A stretch of DNA of 64,000 nt from Tubulanus polymorphus. Taxonomy: Eukaryota > Animalia > Nemertea. Below the pieces are notes generated by a model, which was given only the letters and a program-made list of their open reading frames with translations, had not been told where the DNA came from and searched no databases. How positions within the stretch are numbered: position 1 is the first letter of the stretch; the number at the start of each line of letters is the position of its first letter. Below, piece by piece: positions 37,801 to 51,619 of the stretch. The position numbers were made by a program, and so were the translations under genes. The DNA is taken from contig NC_134032.1 of assembly GCF_964204645.1 (NCBI RefSeq), positions 8,482,275-8,546,274 of the forward strand. Direction: 5' to 3'.

Positions 37801-40800
37801 TTACTATGAAGCTTGAACTAGATTTGTAGGCTTCTGAATCCGAATATTATCAAACAAGTCATCGGATAGATACCAGATTCACTTAACCTAGTTTATTCTA
37901 TAGGTTTTACTGAAAATTGGTTTTGCGATTGGAAAAGTTGATTCAAATTTAATCGAAATGTTATTAGAAATTGAAAGCGAATCCTGCAGATCTTCACCGA
38001 AGCCTTGGTTGCCAAATTAGTGATGCTGGTTACCGGTGGTACCCCATCGCATACTTAAGGTTTACTTTTAAGACCAGTTGGAGATCATCTTTCATAGCTG
38101 ATCCAACGACTTGGGACCAGTTAAGATAACTCTTTCGGTGCTGACTAATTGATACCGTAAAGTGCTGGAGATAATTTGATAATTTTTGAAAAAAATTCCA
38201 GCCCAATGCATCATAACATAGGCATCAGCTATAATGTATCTACACCGCCGCGCGGTGTGTCGTTAATAATATCTGTGTTTGACAGGTGCCATCTTTCATT
38301 AGAGATAAAAACGTTAACGAATTGCATCAATATAACACAGTGCGGTGTACTAGCAAAGTCCATTGCCGATTATACACCGCACTGCGGTGTAGACATACTG
38401 AAAGTGTTAAGGCCAAGATTGAAAAAATCACAACACTGCATCTGGCTCTGGGTCGTGGAAGATCGAATACAAGTCACCGATTGCGACATCAAACGTTTCG
38501 CAAATTCGAATTTATTATGAATTTTCTATTTCGTAGAGCATCGGTTCAAATTGTACGAAAAATTCATCGAAAACTTGCTAAAACTGTCGGAACAGCAGAC
38601 GGTGAATAAGACGGCTGTCGTTGATCATAACCGCGGTAATCGATCGATCATCACCCGCAGCGATCACCAATATGACGCCTTGTTGGGAATCAATTTCGGG
38701 GACATTTTCAACGGCGAAAGATTTCTAGTCGATGACTACAACGAAGAAGAGCAACGACTTCAGGGGTAGGTACTGGGTCCGAGCTAAGGAATAAAAGCCA
38801 TTTGCCCGCGGGGCAAGCATATCTGAAATTTCATTCGACCCCCTTAAAAATCAACTTGCCCTTCGCTAGCAGTCCAAACGGTGACACAATCATCTGTTGT
38901 AATGAGTGAGAAAAAAGCTTTGAGACATAAATTGCTCTAGCCCTGAGGACAAGTGATAATGGTAACCTACTCCTAATAAAATATACTTCTTGGCCCGGGT
39001 GATCGAACAACTGCTTAGATCGGGGCCCTGTGAGTATTTCGAATGTATCAATTCAATGATGTTATGAGAGGAGAAATGGAGGCTTCTTTTCGGGAAAGGT
39101 CTATAGAAGGTTTTAAAATTTAACCAATTTTAAAATCATGTCATTGAGGGATTTACGTATGAATGCAGCAATCTATGCTCTATTCAGTGGGGAAAAACGA
39201 ATGATGTCATAGGGAAATTCCTGAATACTGCCATCTTTTCTTGAATGATCCGTAGGGCTGAATTAATAATGATAATAATTGATAATTGATTGCCATAATT
39301 CCATATAAAATATGCTCTTTGGCTTACATATGAGATGCATGATTTTAAAATTGGTAAAACAACAAATATAAGGGAATAGTTAAGAATAAGCTATGGTAAA
39401 AAGGTGAGTCTTCATTCGAGAAGCATCTAAGGATGGACTAAAATGTCATTGATGGTGTCCTAAAATTTTTCCAATGTACTGATGATGTCATAGGGTGATT
39501 TATGGAGGCAATCTATTTGGGACGGGTTTATACAGAGGTAATTGGATGGTTCCATTACAGATTTGTTCCGGGAGGGATAATTTGACAATTCTCAAATGAT
39601 TTAAAAATGTATTGACAATGCCGTAGGGTGTGTTATGCAGGCAGCCATCTTTTTGGGAAGTGTCTATGGAAGTAATCTAATGAGTTCATAGGGGGATTCA
39701 TGAAGGCAACCATCTTTTCCATGATAGCTGTAATGCATGGATTTTCTGTTACGTTTGTTTGTAGTAAGATTGACGGTTTGACGTCTGCCAACAGTCGACG
39801 GCCATTTTATCGTCTGATGAGTCAATGTTTATATCCGTTCATACGAGACAGATATCGTCTGATCAGCGAGCAATTTCTTTCCATCCTGAAAAACGAATAT
39901 AACCTCAAACAACACCTATCGACGATGAAGGTAAAGAATTTGACGAATATGTCGATTTTTAAAATGAAATTTAACATTCTTAATAACCTTTTTTCGGACA
40001 AATTTTTGTGCAAAAACGTTAAATTCAAAATAATTGTCGAAGAGTTTGTTTTCATAGCGAAATGAAATTTGTGCAAATTTTGTGGTTTTACTGAATTTAA
40101 GAGCAATTATATTTTCGAGCAATTACTTGCAGGCGTTTTATCTAATGGAGGCCGGAGACACGATGTACGACTTTTACACCGCATTATTTGATAAGGTAAA
40201 TTTCCCGAATTCCTAATTCGAAAGATCTAATGTCTGTCAGTGCGTCTACACCCCAATGCCGTGTATAAATCCAGTGATTTACTGCAAGTTCACTGCATCG
40301 AGTTGTAGTAATGCAATGTAGTAATTAGTTTTAATCTCGATTGAAAGATTGCAGCACATGCCAAACATAGTCAAATATTAGTAACTAACGATACACCGTG
40401 CTACAGAGAAAGGCACCAAAATGGTCGCCGCGCGTGGCTCTAGCTTCCGACTTTTTCATACTATGGTTTTCGTTACGTTTTCAGTTGCGTCACGGCGAAG
40501 ATTGCAAGGACTCTCCGTTGCTGAATGGATTGTTGGAGGATGCCCTCTACGCACGATTTCCCGAACACAAGTCGAGAATGTTCGTCGAAGTCGTCGACGT
40601 TCCAGCGACGACAAAAACTCAACAACCGATCAATGCTTTAAACTGCCTGAAGTTGCATTATAAAGTACGTAGGTTTGAAAATGTTTAGATTTTGCATATT
40701 TTAGTCTTGCTATGGAGCTGCATCGACTGTATCTAGAAAAATTCGAATTCAGGCTCCAATTCCACTGCTCCAAACCAAGTTCCACACTTCTGGACCCAGT

Positions 40801-43800
40801 AACTTAGCTCTGAACCCGGTAACCCTGTTTTGTCTCAGTTCCACAGCTCTGTCCCTAGTTCCACTGTTCTGGGCTCGGTTGCACAGTTTCGAACCTAGAA
40901 ATACATTTATGGACTCGGTTCCGCAGATGCTTTGAATCTAGTTTTCCTGGTCTGATCACAGTTCTGGGCCAGTAAAACAGGTTATTGTCCACAATTATGA
41001 GCCCAGTTCCTAGTTCTGATCCCAGTTGCACTGCTCTGGGCCCAGTAACATACACCTCTACCCACAAAGGTGAGCCCAGTTCCATCCACAGTTCAGGACC
41101 CGGTTTCACTGTTGTGAGTTAAGATTAGAAATGTTAGACTCAAGGGTTAAAGCAACAGAAACTTACTCGGGATCTGTTTCCATGAGTTCATTTCCAGTTT
41201 TTTAACCCTAGTGTCATTTAAAAATGCCAGCTTAAGAACTGCAGCAAGATGCCCAATTTTATGAAACAAGCTCTTCCAACTACTGGTACTCAGTTCCTCT
41301 TAAGTTATTTGTTTAGATTTCACTAAAAACTGGTAGTTGAAATTGATTTATTGCTGATAATTTACCTTGACCTGTGAGTTGGATATAAACTCAGATTTTC
41401 CTCTCTGTTATCATCATGTTATCATCTCTGTTTCTAGTTGCCATGGGCGATAAGTCTAGTCGTCAACACGGACGCGCAAGAAATATACGGTCAAATATTA
41501 ACGGAACTTCTTCAAATCAAACGAGCGAAATTCTCCCTCGATTCGCTTCATCATTCCGGTACGTGTGACCTTCGATATGCGTCTGCTCGCTGTATTTACC
41601 ATCGGGGGAAATAGGGAAATTTTGTTAGGCTAATATTTGGGGAAAAGTTGGGGATATTTGATGAGATTGCTAGATCGTGCGTTTAATCAATCCATATATG
41701 TCTTATGTATTTGACTGTGTTAATCGATTGGATTCTTAGCAGATCAAGTCAGGGAAAACAACGTGCATGTCAGGGAAAGAGCCAGTCCAATAAAAGTGAT
41801 CGCCCTGTTTAACTCCTTACTCTCATGCAACTCATTGCTATGTTTTTCGTCGTCTCGATTTAATGGTTAAATTCTTGTCTCGTGTTTTATTTGGCGCAGA
41901 TTTATCGCGAGATTCTGACGAGGAGAAGCAGACGGCGGTCGACGAAACGTTTCTCAGTTTATACCAGACGGAGGATGCGTATCGCTTCAGCGTTAAACAT
42001 CGTATGCTGTTACTGCGTCAAAAACTACTGCATTTCGTCAACAGTTTTCATAACTACATCATGACGCGGGTAAGAATCCGATGGAAAATTGTCGGTAAAA
42101 GATTTGATGTCAAGGGCTAAGGGCTATTCCTTACGAATGTCTAGTTTAGTTTTGTTTTCATCGGCATGATGCAATAGTTTTTTGCTACCTTCTTGTAGCT
42201 AGGGCCTTAGTTTTCATTATCTGCCGACAATTTTTTTTCAGATTTTACATAGTTCTGGTTTAGAATTCGAGGCCGAGTTTGTGAAATGCGGCGATTTCGA
42301 TCAAGTAATCGAAGCTCACAGTAAATACATTGTTAAACTACAAGAGCAGTGTTTACTGACTAAACCATTAGCTGTACTGAAAGAGGCTGTCAATAGGGTA
42401 AGTATTGCCCCCGCTCTTTAAAACAGCCCCCACAACACCCCCTCCTACTTCTTTTAACATTGCCCCCTCGAAGCATATGCCCCTCTCACGATAGAGGGCT
42501 GCCCCATAAATCCTGATTCATCGTTAAATTTAGCATCTGCCTGAATTTAGATATCTGCCTACAAAAACTATATGACATCATCAATGACCCCTGCAGACAC
42601 TTCCAGAAAAGATGGCTGCCTGCATTAATCTCCTTATGACATCATCAAATAGAGACTTCTAAAAAAGGAGTCTGTCTGTATAATAATCTTGTGACTTCAT
42701 CAAAATGCTCTTCAAAGTAAAATATTCACCTTCATGATTTCACCTATCATCAATGTCCGTATGTCGATAGACTCTGCATCCTCTGATGGCTGTCTCCATG
42801 AATATCTCTATGATGTCATCGAATTACCCCTGAAGACACTTCTAGAAAGGATGTCTGCTTACACATAAATTACCCTAAGACATCGTCCAAAGTGCTTCAA
42901 AAGGATGGTCGCGTTCTTTCGTGGTTCCCCCTATGACATCATTATCATCATTATCCATATGCCAATAGACTCTGCCTCTTTTGATGACGGTCCCTCCATG
43001 AGTCTCCCCATGAAATGATCAAGTTATACAGCGTATCCCGACACAGGGCCCAGTTTTACAAGAAGGTTTTAACTCTTAAATCGATTTAATTTCCTCTTAA
43101 TTTCTTCATTAATTCAGTTTATCTTAAATCGATTTAGGCCTTAATCCTTTTTGTGAAACTAGGCCCAGATCCTAATATAAATCTGAAACTTAAAAGAACT
43201 TGTAGAAAATCAGTTGAATGACTGAATATTTAATGTTTTTGTTGGCTAAAAACGAAATCAATCTTTTCGTTCGAATATTTTTTAGGTGTTTAATTTAGCG
43301 TTGCGGTTCGCGGCGATGTGGGACGAGGGGCACGTGGCGACCTCTATGAGCGATTTGATCGTTATCGAAACGGATTTATCGCGATGCATCAACTTCCTGT
43401 CGGTGTTTCTCAACAACATCATCAAACGAGGCTCGACTCCTCATCGTAAGTTTTCCATCGTATCGGCTTTCCCTTCCCCGGAACTGGCCCCTCGGTCATT
43501 CGTCACTTGGTGAATTGAGAAATTTTCATCGCGGGCTTCCTTACGAAACCATTGTTTTCATGCCTGTGTGTCTGTCTTCCAGCTGCTTAGCTTCGTTAAT
43601 AGTGGTCGATCTTGATGAAACTTGGGTACGATGTTAGTAACGGGGTCTAGTTGGGGAGTGCTAAAAATGGGCCCAGTGCACCACCTAGCACCAGTTACTA
43701 GACACTAAAAACTCTGTTTTTCAGCGACATGACCTCGAAGATGACCTCATGATTGAGGAAATTCAAAAAGGTTCTTGACAAAATTTAGCTACTGACCCTA

Positions 43801-43979
43801 GATACAACATATCCAAAATAAAATGGGAACTAATGCATGGGATTTTTGGAGTTCGATTCTAAGCCGGAGAACCATTGTCGCCTGCAGTGGCTTGTTTTTT
43901 TGAAAAATGATTTTCTTGAATTTCAGTCGAAACTCTCGCATTTTATTTGAGTACAGCTGAAAATCTGAAGCCACAGTGA
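25733..43979 (+). CDS. TUBGCP5: Gamma-tubulin complex component 5; 21 exons: 25733-25801, 26175-26281, 27429-27537, 28299-28395, 29125-29207, 30173-30444, 30706-30795, 31218-31335, 31840-32050, 36050-36270, 36718-36833, 37264-37478, 38537-38765, 39765-39930, 40133-40195, 40485-40664, 41438-41558, 41900-42069, 42242-42397, 43286-43445, 43927-43979
   Basis: The spliced product has the GCP5 N-terminus (DENFQICLNFVLSNFKYHRFLEVDSHKV, TDTHYALL, FDWKAYLLEGE), plus TETQIIRETLWML, CQTYQAFA, LLCGKSMEVL, FYLMEAGDTMYDFY, LLHFVNSFHNYIMTRILHS and the C-terminal KRGSTPHLETLA. Junctions are GT-AG. AATAAA lies at ~44452. Confidence 0.95.
26690..27369 (+). mobile_element. Degenerate, interrupted HINE copy
   Basis: Remnant of the 154-bp repeat (CCACTAGGGGGCGTTG at ~26826), 3' subTIR CCCAAGTGGGC (27182-27192) and terminus GGACCCCTAGTTT (~27357-27369). 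Interrupted by other sequence and a (CAT)n tract. Confidence 0.55.
27195..27245. repeat. (CAT)n microsatellite
   Basis: Direct observation. Confidence 0.95.
27545..28270. repeat. Best-preserved array of the CTATGACATCATCAAA repeat family
   Basis: More than 10 copies of the core at ~40-60-bp spacing in TUBGCP5 intron 3. Confidence 0.85.
28763..28824. repeat. (TA)n microsatellite
   Basis: Direct observation. Confidence 0.95.
29370..29657 (+). mobile_element. piggyBac-type MITE
   Basis: TTAA|CCCTTTCAG...CTGAAAGGG|TTAA. Degenerate copies at ~38127-38410, ~40237-40400 and ~55321-55566. Confidence 0.88.
30916..31008. repeat. (CTCCCT)n hexamer microsatellite
   Basis: Direct observation, about 15 copies. 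Confidence 0.95.
33031..33984 (+). CDS. Intronless class A (rhodopsin-like) GPCR, peptide-receptor/chemoreceptor-like, nested in TUBGCP5 intron 9
   Basis: Seven hydrophobic segments; TM1 GAFGN, TM2 LSMSD, Cys at the top of TM3, SLERA (E/DRY variant), TM6 FTLP, TM7 NYVVNFYIY and C-terminal FCC. First ATG at 33031; possible UTR acceptor at 32972. Confidence 0.88.
   Translation: MNSTPMRIARPYNSYVALLSVQNKFGIYRTVSLVVLPTFFLLGAFGNSATTLVMISRRFRGLSYANYLIVLSMSDFAAVVAFSLMPVLQFLHGHLGAGASRLLVNSPIGCRVYEFVMSSMIACSSWLIVAISLERAAVVLFPLTSRLICTPSFARSVILVIIIMNVSVVGIPLAVLMQFSHGITGCYLRLSDRAALFITFVIHVFFAPLTVIIISNSIIIVQLFRGSEMVSSDQKTTKVKRTTIMLVTVSLAFAMFTLPTSITAFLPIRVEQKQLLYDIGIKIQVCNYVVNFYIYLLMGREIRDYFCTNFCCGNSSK
40760..41125. 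repeat. Degenerate ~19-20-bp minisatellite (CCCAGTTCCACAGTTCTGG)
   Basis: The unit matches the end of the MITE at ~35815. Confidence 0.6.
43522..43900 (+). mobile_element. Probable second HINE-like family member
   Basis: T-rich ends, short TGTC tract near the 5' end and a GC-rich hairpin-like 3' end before TTGTTTT. Only one copy is present in the window. Confidence 0.3.
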
Positions 43980-46900
43980 CAGAATGGAGACTGATGTTAC
44001 TACAGGGATGTCTAATAACCGTATTTATTTGAAAGCTGTGTTAAAACAGTCTAGGAGCCGTTCATACCGTCTTGGATCTGTCTAAACCCATTTTAGAGCT
44101 TTCTAATGTCGTTAGAGATGTCAAGTGCTGTCTGAACCTTACGAGCACTGTCTAAACTGTTCAGAAACTGTTTAAAACTGTGTAAGAACTGTTTTCAATT
44201 GTATAAAGAGAGTAAAAACTGTACATGTCTAAACTGTCTTGAGAGCTTATCGAAACTGTCTTAAAATGTGTAAGAGCTGTCCAAAATTCTGTAAGGGCTG
44301 TCTAAGACTCACTGTCTTGAATGCTGTCTGACTAAAATGTCTATAGTCCTTTTTGGTTGTTAAGAATTTAGATTTGTGTCACTTTTTGGCTGGGACAAAA
44401 AGTCATTCTAAAACTGAATTTTTTATTCAAATATTTGAAACATATTTTTCTAATAAAAACAATTGAAATTTTGAACAAAAAATATTTTCATCAATGTCTT
44501 CGTGTTTCTTGATTTTTTGGTCGACTGGCAGGGTCTAAAGTTTCTTCAAAGGGGATTGGAATGGATAAGTATATGGCATCCAACTTTTTAACTGAATCAT
44601 TTTCCACTAAGATCTTTCGGAAAAATCGAACTGTTTGGTAATGTAATTTACAGAGAATAACGAGGTTTATGTAATAATTCAATGTCAGGTGAAGACCGTC
44701 ATGACGACTTTCTGGCCCATGCCGAGAGGGGTTTGAAGAATCTCTCAAATTTTAATTGGATAATCCGAAGGTGAATAACGATTGATGACAAATTTAATTT
44801 CGACCCTTTTTTCCTTCAACTAGGCCCAGTGATGATTAAAAGATTGAAAGCAGACATGCATGTGTCCCCGGACAGGATTCGAGCCCGCCTCGTTAATTCG
44901 AATTTTGTACCGTACCGTGCTGCCATCTCTCGGTAACAATCCTCTAATTGATGTCAATTAAGTTTATGTGTATTACGTCACTGGTAACGGGTTGCTGGTG
45001 TGGGCGCGTACCCGTATATTGTGGATTAATTAAAAACGGCGTTTAATTAAAAACCGGGTGAGTGTTTTACTGTTAAATCACAGATGTGGCATTGGTGTCA
45101 AAATTCTGTGATAGAATTTGGGAGTTTTTGGGGCCGGTGACGCGTCTTTTAAGCCTTAAAACCGCGTCAAAATCAGCTTTTGAGAATTTATTTCCGGGTC
45201 AAGTCAAATTTAAATTAAGAACAACGGAATGGTTATTTGAATTTTTGTATGGGATGTACGCTGGTGTGTGGCTGTCTGATGCTGGTGAGTTTGGATAATT
45301 TCATATAATGCAAAGTCATGAGTCTCGAGTAACTAAAGTATATTTGTTTTCGTTGCGGATTAATTTTGTTGGGGTATTTTCCACTTAATCTTGTGAAAAT
45401 GGCCAACCTCCTCAGCTGAATTGGTCTTAATACGACCACTTAAACTGAGCAACCATGCCTACGGTTAGATATCATTTTCAAATCATCAAAAATCATGGTT
45501 TGTTGGCTAGGAATCATCGGAAAAATATTGTTGTAATATCAAAAAATGACTGACATTTTCTCTTCAACACGATAAAAAGACGTATTTTTAGCAATCGTTC
45601 ATTTCAGTTTAAAATGGATATAAATGGATTTCAGACTGCTCAGTTTCACTGGACGTATTGACATCAAATTGTTCAAAGGAATCTAGGCAAAATATCCCCA
45701 AAAATCTATCCCATACAAAAAAATAAATAGACTTTGTTTTGCGGATGCCTGGCCATAGAGAATACATAAAATTTAGAGGAGGACCACTGACCTCTATTGG
45801 AGAGTAAACGAAGAAACAGAAGTGAATACTTCTTTTATGTATAGAATCTATTTTATCAATTAGGAATTGATTTGCAGATCTTTACAAAGCCTACGAAAGT
45901 ATAGCAAAAAATCTCAAACAAAATAGGACCTTAGCTGGAACGGGCTTAATTTTGTTATACTGCTGCGCCCACCGCAATGCCAGTTTCATATCTACTCAAT
46001 TACAATCCCAACTGACCCCCTAAGTAGGTGCAGTGCAGATTAGTCTTCGACACATCATTAAATACTTTAGATTCGATTCAACTTTATGATGCCGGGGTTA
46101 AGGAGTTGAGGTATCCGCTGTTAATCTCTGAAGCGTGAGGACTATTTTATAGATCTGCTGAAATTAGTCCCAGGAAACAGGATCCAGACGTGTCGAACAG
46201 TTTACAGAAATGTGTGGAAGTATATAGGAGTATGTGGAACTCCGTCCTGAGAACTATCTGGGTCCAGAAATGTGGAACTTGGTCGAGAAGTGTGGCGCTG
46301 CATTGCGCTAGAGAAATGTTGATCTCTGTGTAGAATAGTAGTTGCGGAATAAATGACTCAGATGTTTTTTTTTCTGAGGAATAAAAAATCTTTTCATTCA
46401 GCAGCATTCGATAGACATAAAGATATGATATGATAACTGATATATATTGTTCTCCTCTCTCTCTCTCTCTCTCTCTCTGCTATCGGTATGACTCATTCAC
46501 GTAGAAAATTTGTTTCTTCAATCATCGGAGTCGGCGTTCCTGTTTCCTCTACCCCTCTTATCATCCATCCGTGAATTGCTGATTTCTTCGTGCTACATGA
46601 ATTGCTCATTCTTCTTGCTATATGTATGAACGTTCGCGAGCTATTTGTCTGGCCGTTGGAATTCCCACTCGACTCCGTACCTCAGATACTCACTTAACGG
46701 TAAAGTAATTAGACTAATCCTCCCCGTGAACTTGTTTCAGCGGATATATTCGATAATTCCATAATTGTCAGTCCTTTTTTTTTCGATTCAGCCATTTTCG
46801 AGCTAAACAATCGTATTTGTCATCACTCGTTCACAGTTTGTATCAATACTAAATATCGTCCAGACCGAGTTTCGTAGATAGCTAAAATCAGTTGCGCTCG

Positions 46901-48906
46901 AAGAAGAAAGTTACGCAGCAGTATCGTGGGTTCACTTGTTGATTCATTGTAGCATGAAGCCACGTTTTAAGTGAAACTGATAAGCGTTTGAAAATCGCCA
47001 CTGATTTCGTATGGATGAAAATAATCTTCGGACTGAGTTCATTGTAGATTGTTATAATCGGTTGCACTTGAAGAACGAAGTTTAACTCGAGTGTCATCGG
47101 TCCGAGCGTTGAATATCAATCATAGCATGAAACCATGTTTAAAGTGAAATAACAGTGTCACTTAGTCACAGTTTGCATCCCTGTTTTTCGGACCAAGTTC
47201 GTAGTGATATCTGTGAAAATCAGTTTCTAAAAGTTACACGGAAACATCTGTATTCAATTGTTTTCAACATGAATCGTAGAGTGGGGATGTTGATATAAAC
47301 ATTTGGCCTTTATAGGTTCAGGCCTTTTGTTGTTTTGACTTCAAATAATCAAAAATGAACGAGTTGACTCTAATAAAAGTCAGGAGTCAGGAATGTGGTT
47401 CGAATAATAGTATGGTTTAATGCGAGCAGCTGTCTCCTGGCTGACTACCCCCACAGCCTATTTAGGTAATTTATAATAGAGATAGAAGAAGTTATCGATT
47501 AGGCCTACGTAACGTCCCCTATACGTGTCTGTTGTATGCATACATATACTGAACTCAGTGAAACAATTAATAATTATGGTCTCATTAATACGTGAGTAAT
47601 TATGAATAATGATATTAGGTCAGCGCTCTGTTTATCTCTTACTACTCACGGTTTGCTCAATAGTCATGGTAGTAATTATGGATTTCTGGTATTGAGCTTA
47701 AAATATATATATTGTCCATTCGGTCATATAGGCCTATAGGCCTAGCTAGGTCAGAGACGAGTACCCGAATCCACAGTTGGGCTGGTTATAGGTTAAGTAA
47801 GCTTACCCAAATACTTAATTAGGCAGATTTTGGGTAAAGTACCCAGATATCCAGGAAGATTTTAGGTTAAGTACCCAATTTCAAAGTTGAGTTGAATTTA
47901 GGCAAAAAATTCGGACCAGTTCCGCCGATGGGTTGGTTTTAGATAAGCACCTCCAGTTCACGGTTAGGCTAGTTCCATCGTTTCGTTGGACCAAATAATA
48001 CATAGGCCTTCATATAGGCCTAGGACCAATGTTGGGCAGATTTTGCTCTACTTGCATAGGATATAAGACTTATTTAGTACTATTGATTTGAAGTGAATTT
48101 TACCTTAAAACGAATCTTTCATTCATTTCGAGGCCATCGCTTAATTAGCTGACTGAACGATTACCTTCGCCGGAATTGTATTTGAAGCTTGAAACAAATT
48201 GGTTCGAATCGTAAAGAACGTGTTGGAAAATATATTCCGTTTTTTTTCTTTTTTGGTTTAGGCCTACTTAATAAGACGAAGTTTACAAAGATTGGCTCCG
48301 AAGCCCGAAATACACGTATCTAAAAGAATCTAGCGGAATTTACGTGCTTTTATTTCGTTCAATTAATGTTTTTCGTTATTGGGATATCATCGGATGCCGG
48401 CCTGTAGCGTCTGTTTCGCCGACTGGCCTAAAAACAGTTAAGGATTCCGCGTATTCAGTCCTTTGTTCGGAGAGCGTCCTGATTGTAGTTTAAAGTGTCT
48501 GCCGGCGAAACTCTAGACTTATGTTACACCTGTTTAAAGCGGGCTAAGCAGATATACCTGTCACTCTCCTACCCGTTCTGTCTACCCCCTTGCGTTCTCC
48601 TCTCCCCTCAATTTGTTACGATTTAGCCGATGAACTACGTTAAATTTTTTTTGAGTGAGGTACTTTACTTAATGAAACCCGCGTAAACCATCTATATTCA
48701 AATACTTTTGGTTACCTTGATAGTTGTAGAAAATCCAACAGCCCAATTAGGCTAGCTAAATTCATCGAAATAGCCATACACAACCCTCCAATACGCAACG
48801 TAGTTAAAAGTTGGATTAAAATGGTGTGCGCTTCGTTAATGACTTAGAACTTACAACATTTTATTAAGGAAAGTTTTTATTTTCTGTTGTTTCATGAATA
48901 TTTGTA

Positions 48907-49094
48907 CAGCGGAACCTCGTTACAACGAACTCGGATACAACCAATCATCAGATATAACGAATATATGGAATTTTTTTCCGGCGTGAGATAATTTGATTAA
49001 TTTCATACCGGATAATAACGAACTATCGGTTAGGCCTATAACGAACTGATTATCTGGTCCCGTGAAGTCGCTGTAACGACTGAGGTTCAAACTA
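48907..49094. mobile_element. Tc1/pogo (Tigger-like) MITE remnant
   Basis: TA|CAGCGGAACCTCGTTACAACGAAC at the left end; degenerate GTAACG..GAGGTTC..CTATA at the right end; internal ATAACGAA repeats. Confidence 0.55.
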
Positions 49095-51619
49095 TATTTT
49101 ATGGTCTCCCTCCATACACTACGGAAAGGTTGGAGTTTAAATGAATTCCTAATCCTAATGTCCTATCTCTTCTCTTTTCTCCTCTGTTCGATCTGGCCCT
49201 TATTTTTTCCTTCTTCTCCCTCACCGGCCGTGTCCTAGTAAGGCCAATTATTATCGGTTATTGAATAATGACTCAGCTGTGAATGTACACACACACACAA
49301 GCGCGCACACGCCCCTCGACCTGAAGCGTACACACAGAAGATAATAATACGCATATACTGTTGCATTATGGGAGACGTCTGCTCTCTCTCTGGTGACAGA
49401 CGGACGAGCGTATAGTGTGTAATGGCCGCCGACGCTGTCACCGATAACAACACAACAGACTGTGCACATTTCACCTACGTTCGAATTGTCAACGGATTAA
49501 CGATTGTCCCGATGATATCTTTAATAATCGTACTGAATATTCGATAAAGCTACGTTTGAACATCGCGGTCGGGATTTATAGAGATCGGCGGTTATTAAAC
49601 ATTTATATCGGAGTGTACTAAGATAGATAGATAGATATGTTTGTTTTTTCTTAGTTTGATTCTGGTGAGTGCTTTATTTTATGTGATTGTCCGGAGGTTG
49701 TGAAAATGTTGTCTTGGCAAAAAATGGGGGGGGGGGTGGTGGACTGCTTAAATGCCAGGTTGGATGCGCTCCTGGAAAGAGAACTGATTCTAACTCCCCA
49801 CGATAACTTGAATCTCGGTGCTTGTACATAGGGTGGCCACTTACCTGCAAATCAGGGCATTTATGCGAAGGTCAGGGAAAATTCCTTTACAAAAGTCGGG
49901 GAATTTTGTTTGAAAAAAAGAGGTTAAACTCAGGGAAAGTCGTGGAAATTTGTTAAGATCGCTAGACTGTGCGTAAAATAAAACAGTTTCTTTCTATGTC
50001 ACATGTATTTGAATGTGTTAATTGATCGGATTCTTAGCAGATCCAGTCAGGGATAACAACTGGGGGGGGGGCATGTTGGGTATGTCGGGGGGGGGGGCGG
50101 CAGGTCAAAAAAGGTGACCATCCTGTAAACTTTCACGTATTTGAAATCTTCACTTTTTATAGACAATGAAGGCGTTTTAATTCTTTGTTTCCCATTCCCA
50201 GCCATCTAACCGAACCTACGTATTATCAATATCGCCGAAAATCTGAATTTTTTTCGTTATCGTGTTTCGAGCAAATAGAACGCGCAAATAAAATTCCTAG
50301 CCAGCCAGCATATATAATCAAAGCATATGAACTAAAGTAAATACGCGAATACGGGACAGATAAAGATTACATGAATTGACTTTCGTGAAATGGCTTTTTT
50401 GTGGTCGGACTTTGATGCGGAAAAAAGCCGTGTTTAGAGGACGGGACGATGTTTGCCTATAACGTATGTGAAAGCAACATTGAACACCGTGAAACACGCT
50501 GAACCTAGACAGGAAATAACTGACATTCCGAAGCGTCTACATACGATATTATTGCTATCCGTGTCGATAATATCCTGAATGGTTTGCCGTATGTTTCGAT
50601 AATATAGTTTTATATATCCGAGTATACTAGCGTTTTTTTTTTTTTTAACGGAGGAAAAAATTATTCGACTGTATAGATCTGGGCAGAGACAGGGGCAGTA
50701 GACTAAGGCGTGTGGTCAGTGTTCTACGTATGTTGGAACGGCAGCATTCATTGTGTTATACCGGTAATGTATGACATCGTAGCTTCTGAAGTATCAAGGC
50801 TTTCGATCCCCCCAAAAATACAGAACCAAAAATACAGAAATTTAAGCTTAATTTTGGCGTTTTTGTATCTTTTATATCTGATATTTTATAGGTACATTTT
50901 AGGTAATTTTTTAGGGGTGGCTGTAATATAAGGAGAATCCCAAAGATAACAAAAAAATGTCATTCCAAAAATGTTTCCTCTTTAGCTAGTATATAGTCTA
51001 TTTGACATTTCAACTATATTGTTATTCTAATAGTCATCTTCAACAATACTGAGTTACAACAGTGATTATGAAATATGAATAAAAGCGGTGGCTGATTTTC
51101 GGAGGGGTTGATACTGCAATTTGCGCCCGGAGTGATATCCGTGCGTCGATGATGTACATTAGACTCTGCTCGAGTCGAGTCTTTTTAGAATTATTGGAAA
51201 TGTGTGCGATTTTAAAGTGGTGTCTGTGGGTTGGGTGATACAATAAGTCAAATTTATCTGAGTAGAGACGTGATATCTGAGTTGGATGGTACTGCGCGGG
51301 TAGATCCGAATTGGATCGTACAGTAGGGCCTAATAGACTCTCTGAAATCAGATCTGGACGGTACACTTATAGACAACTCCCAACTTGGATCTTTTGACCT
51401 AAGGTATCGCGATGATTGATATGGTGTGTAGATGGTACAACAGACTCAATGCTGATCTTTTGACTTCGAATTGATATCTGAGTTGGGTTTGGTTGTAGAG
51501 TATGTACTTCCCCGAAATTTAAGGTCTTATCTTTTGTATATTCAAATCTATAGCCGAACTCATGTTCCTGACATCAGTTGCGACTGTATTTCTGGGCTAG
51601 ACAACATTATGCCTGATTC

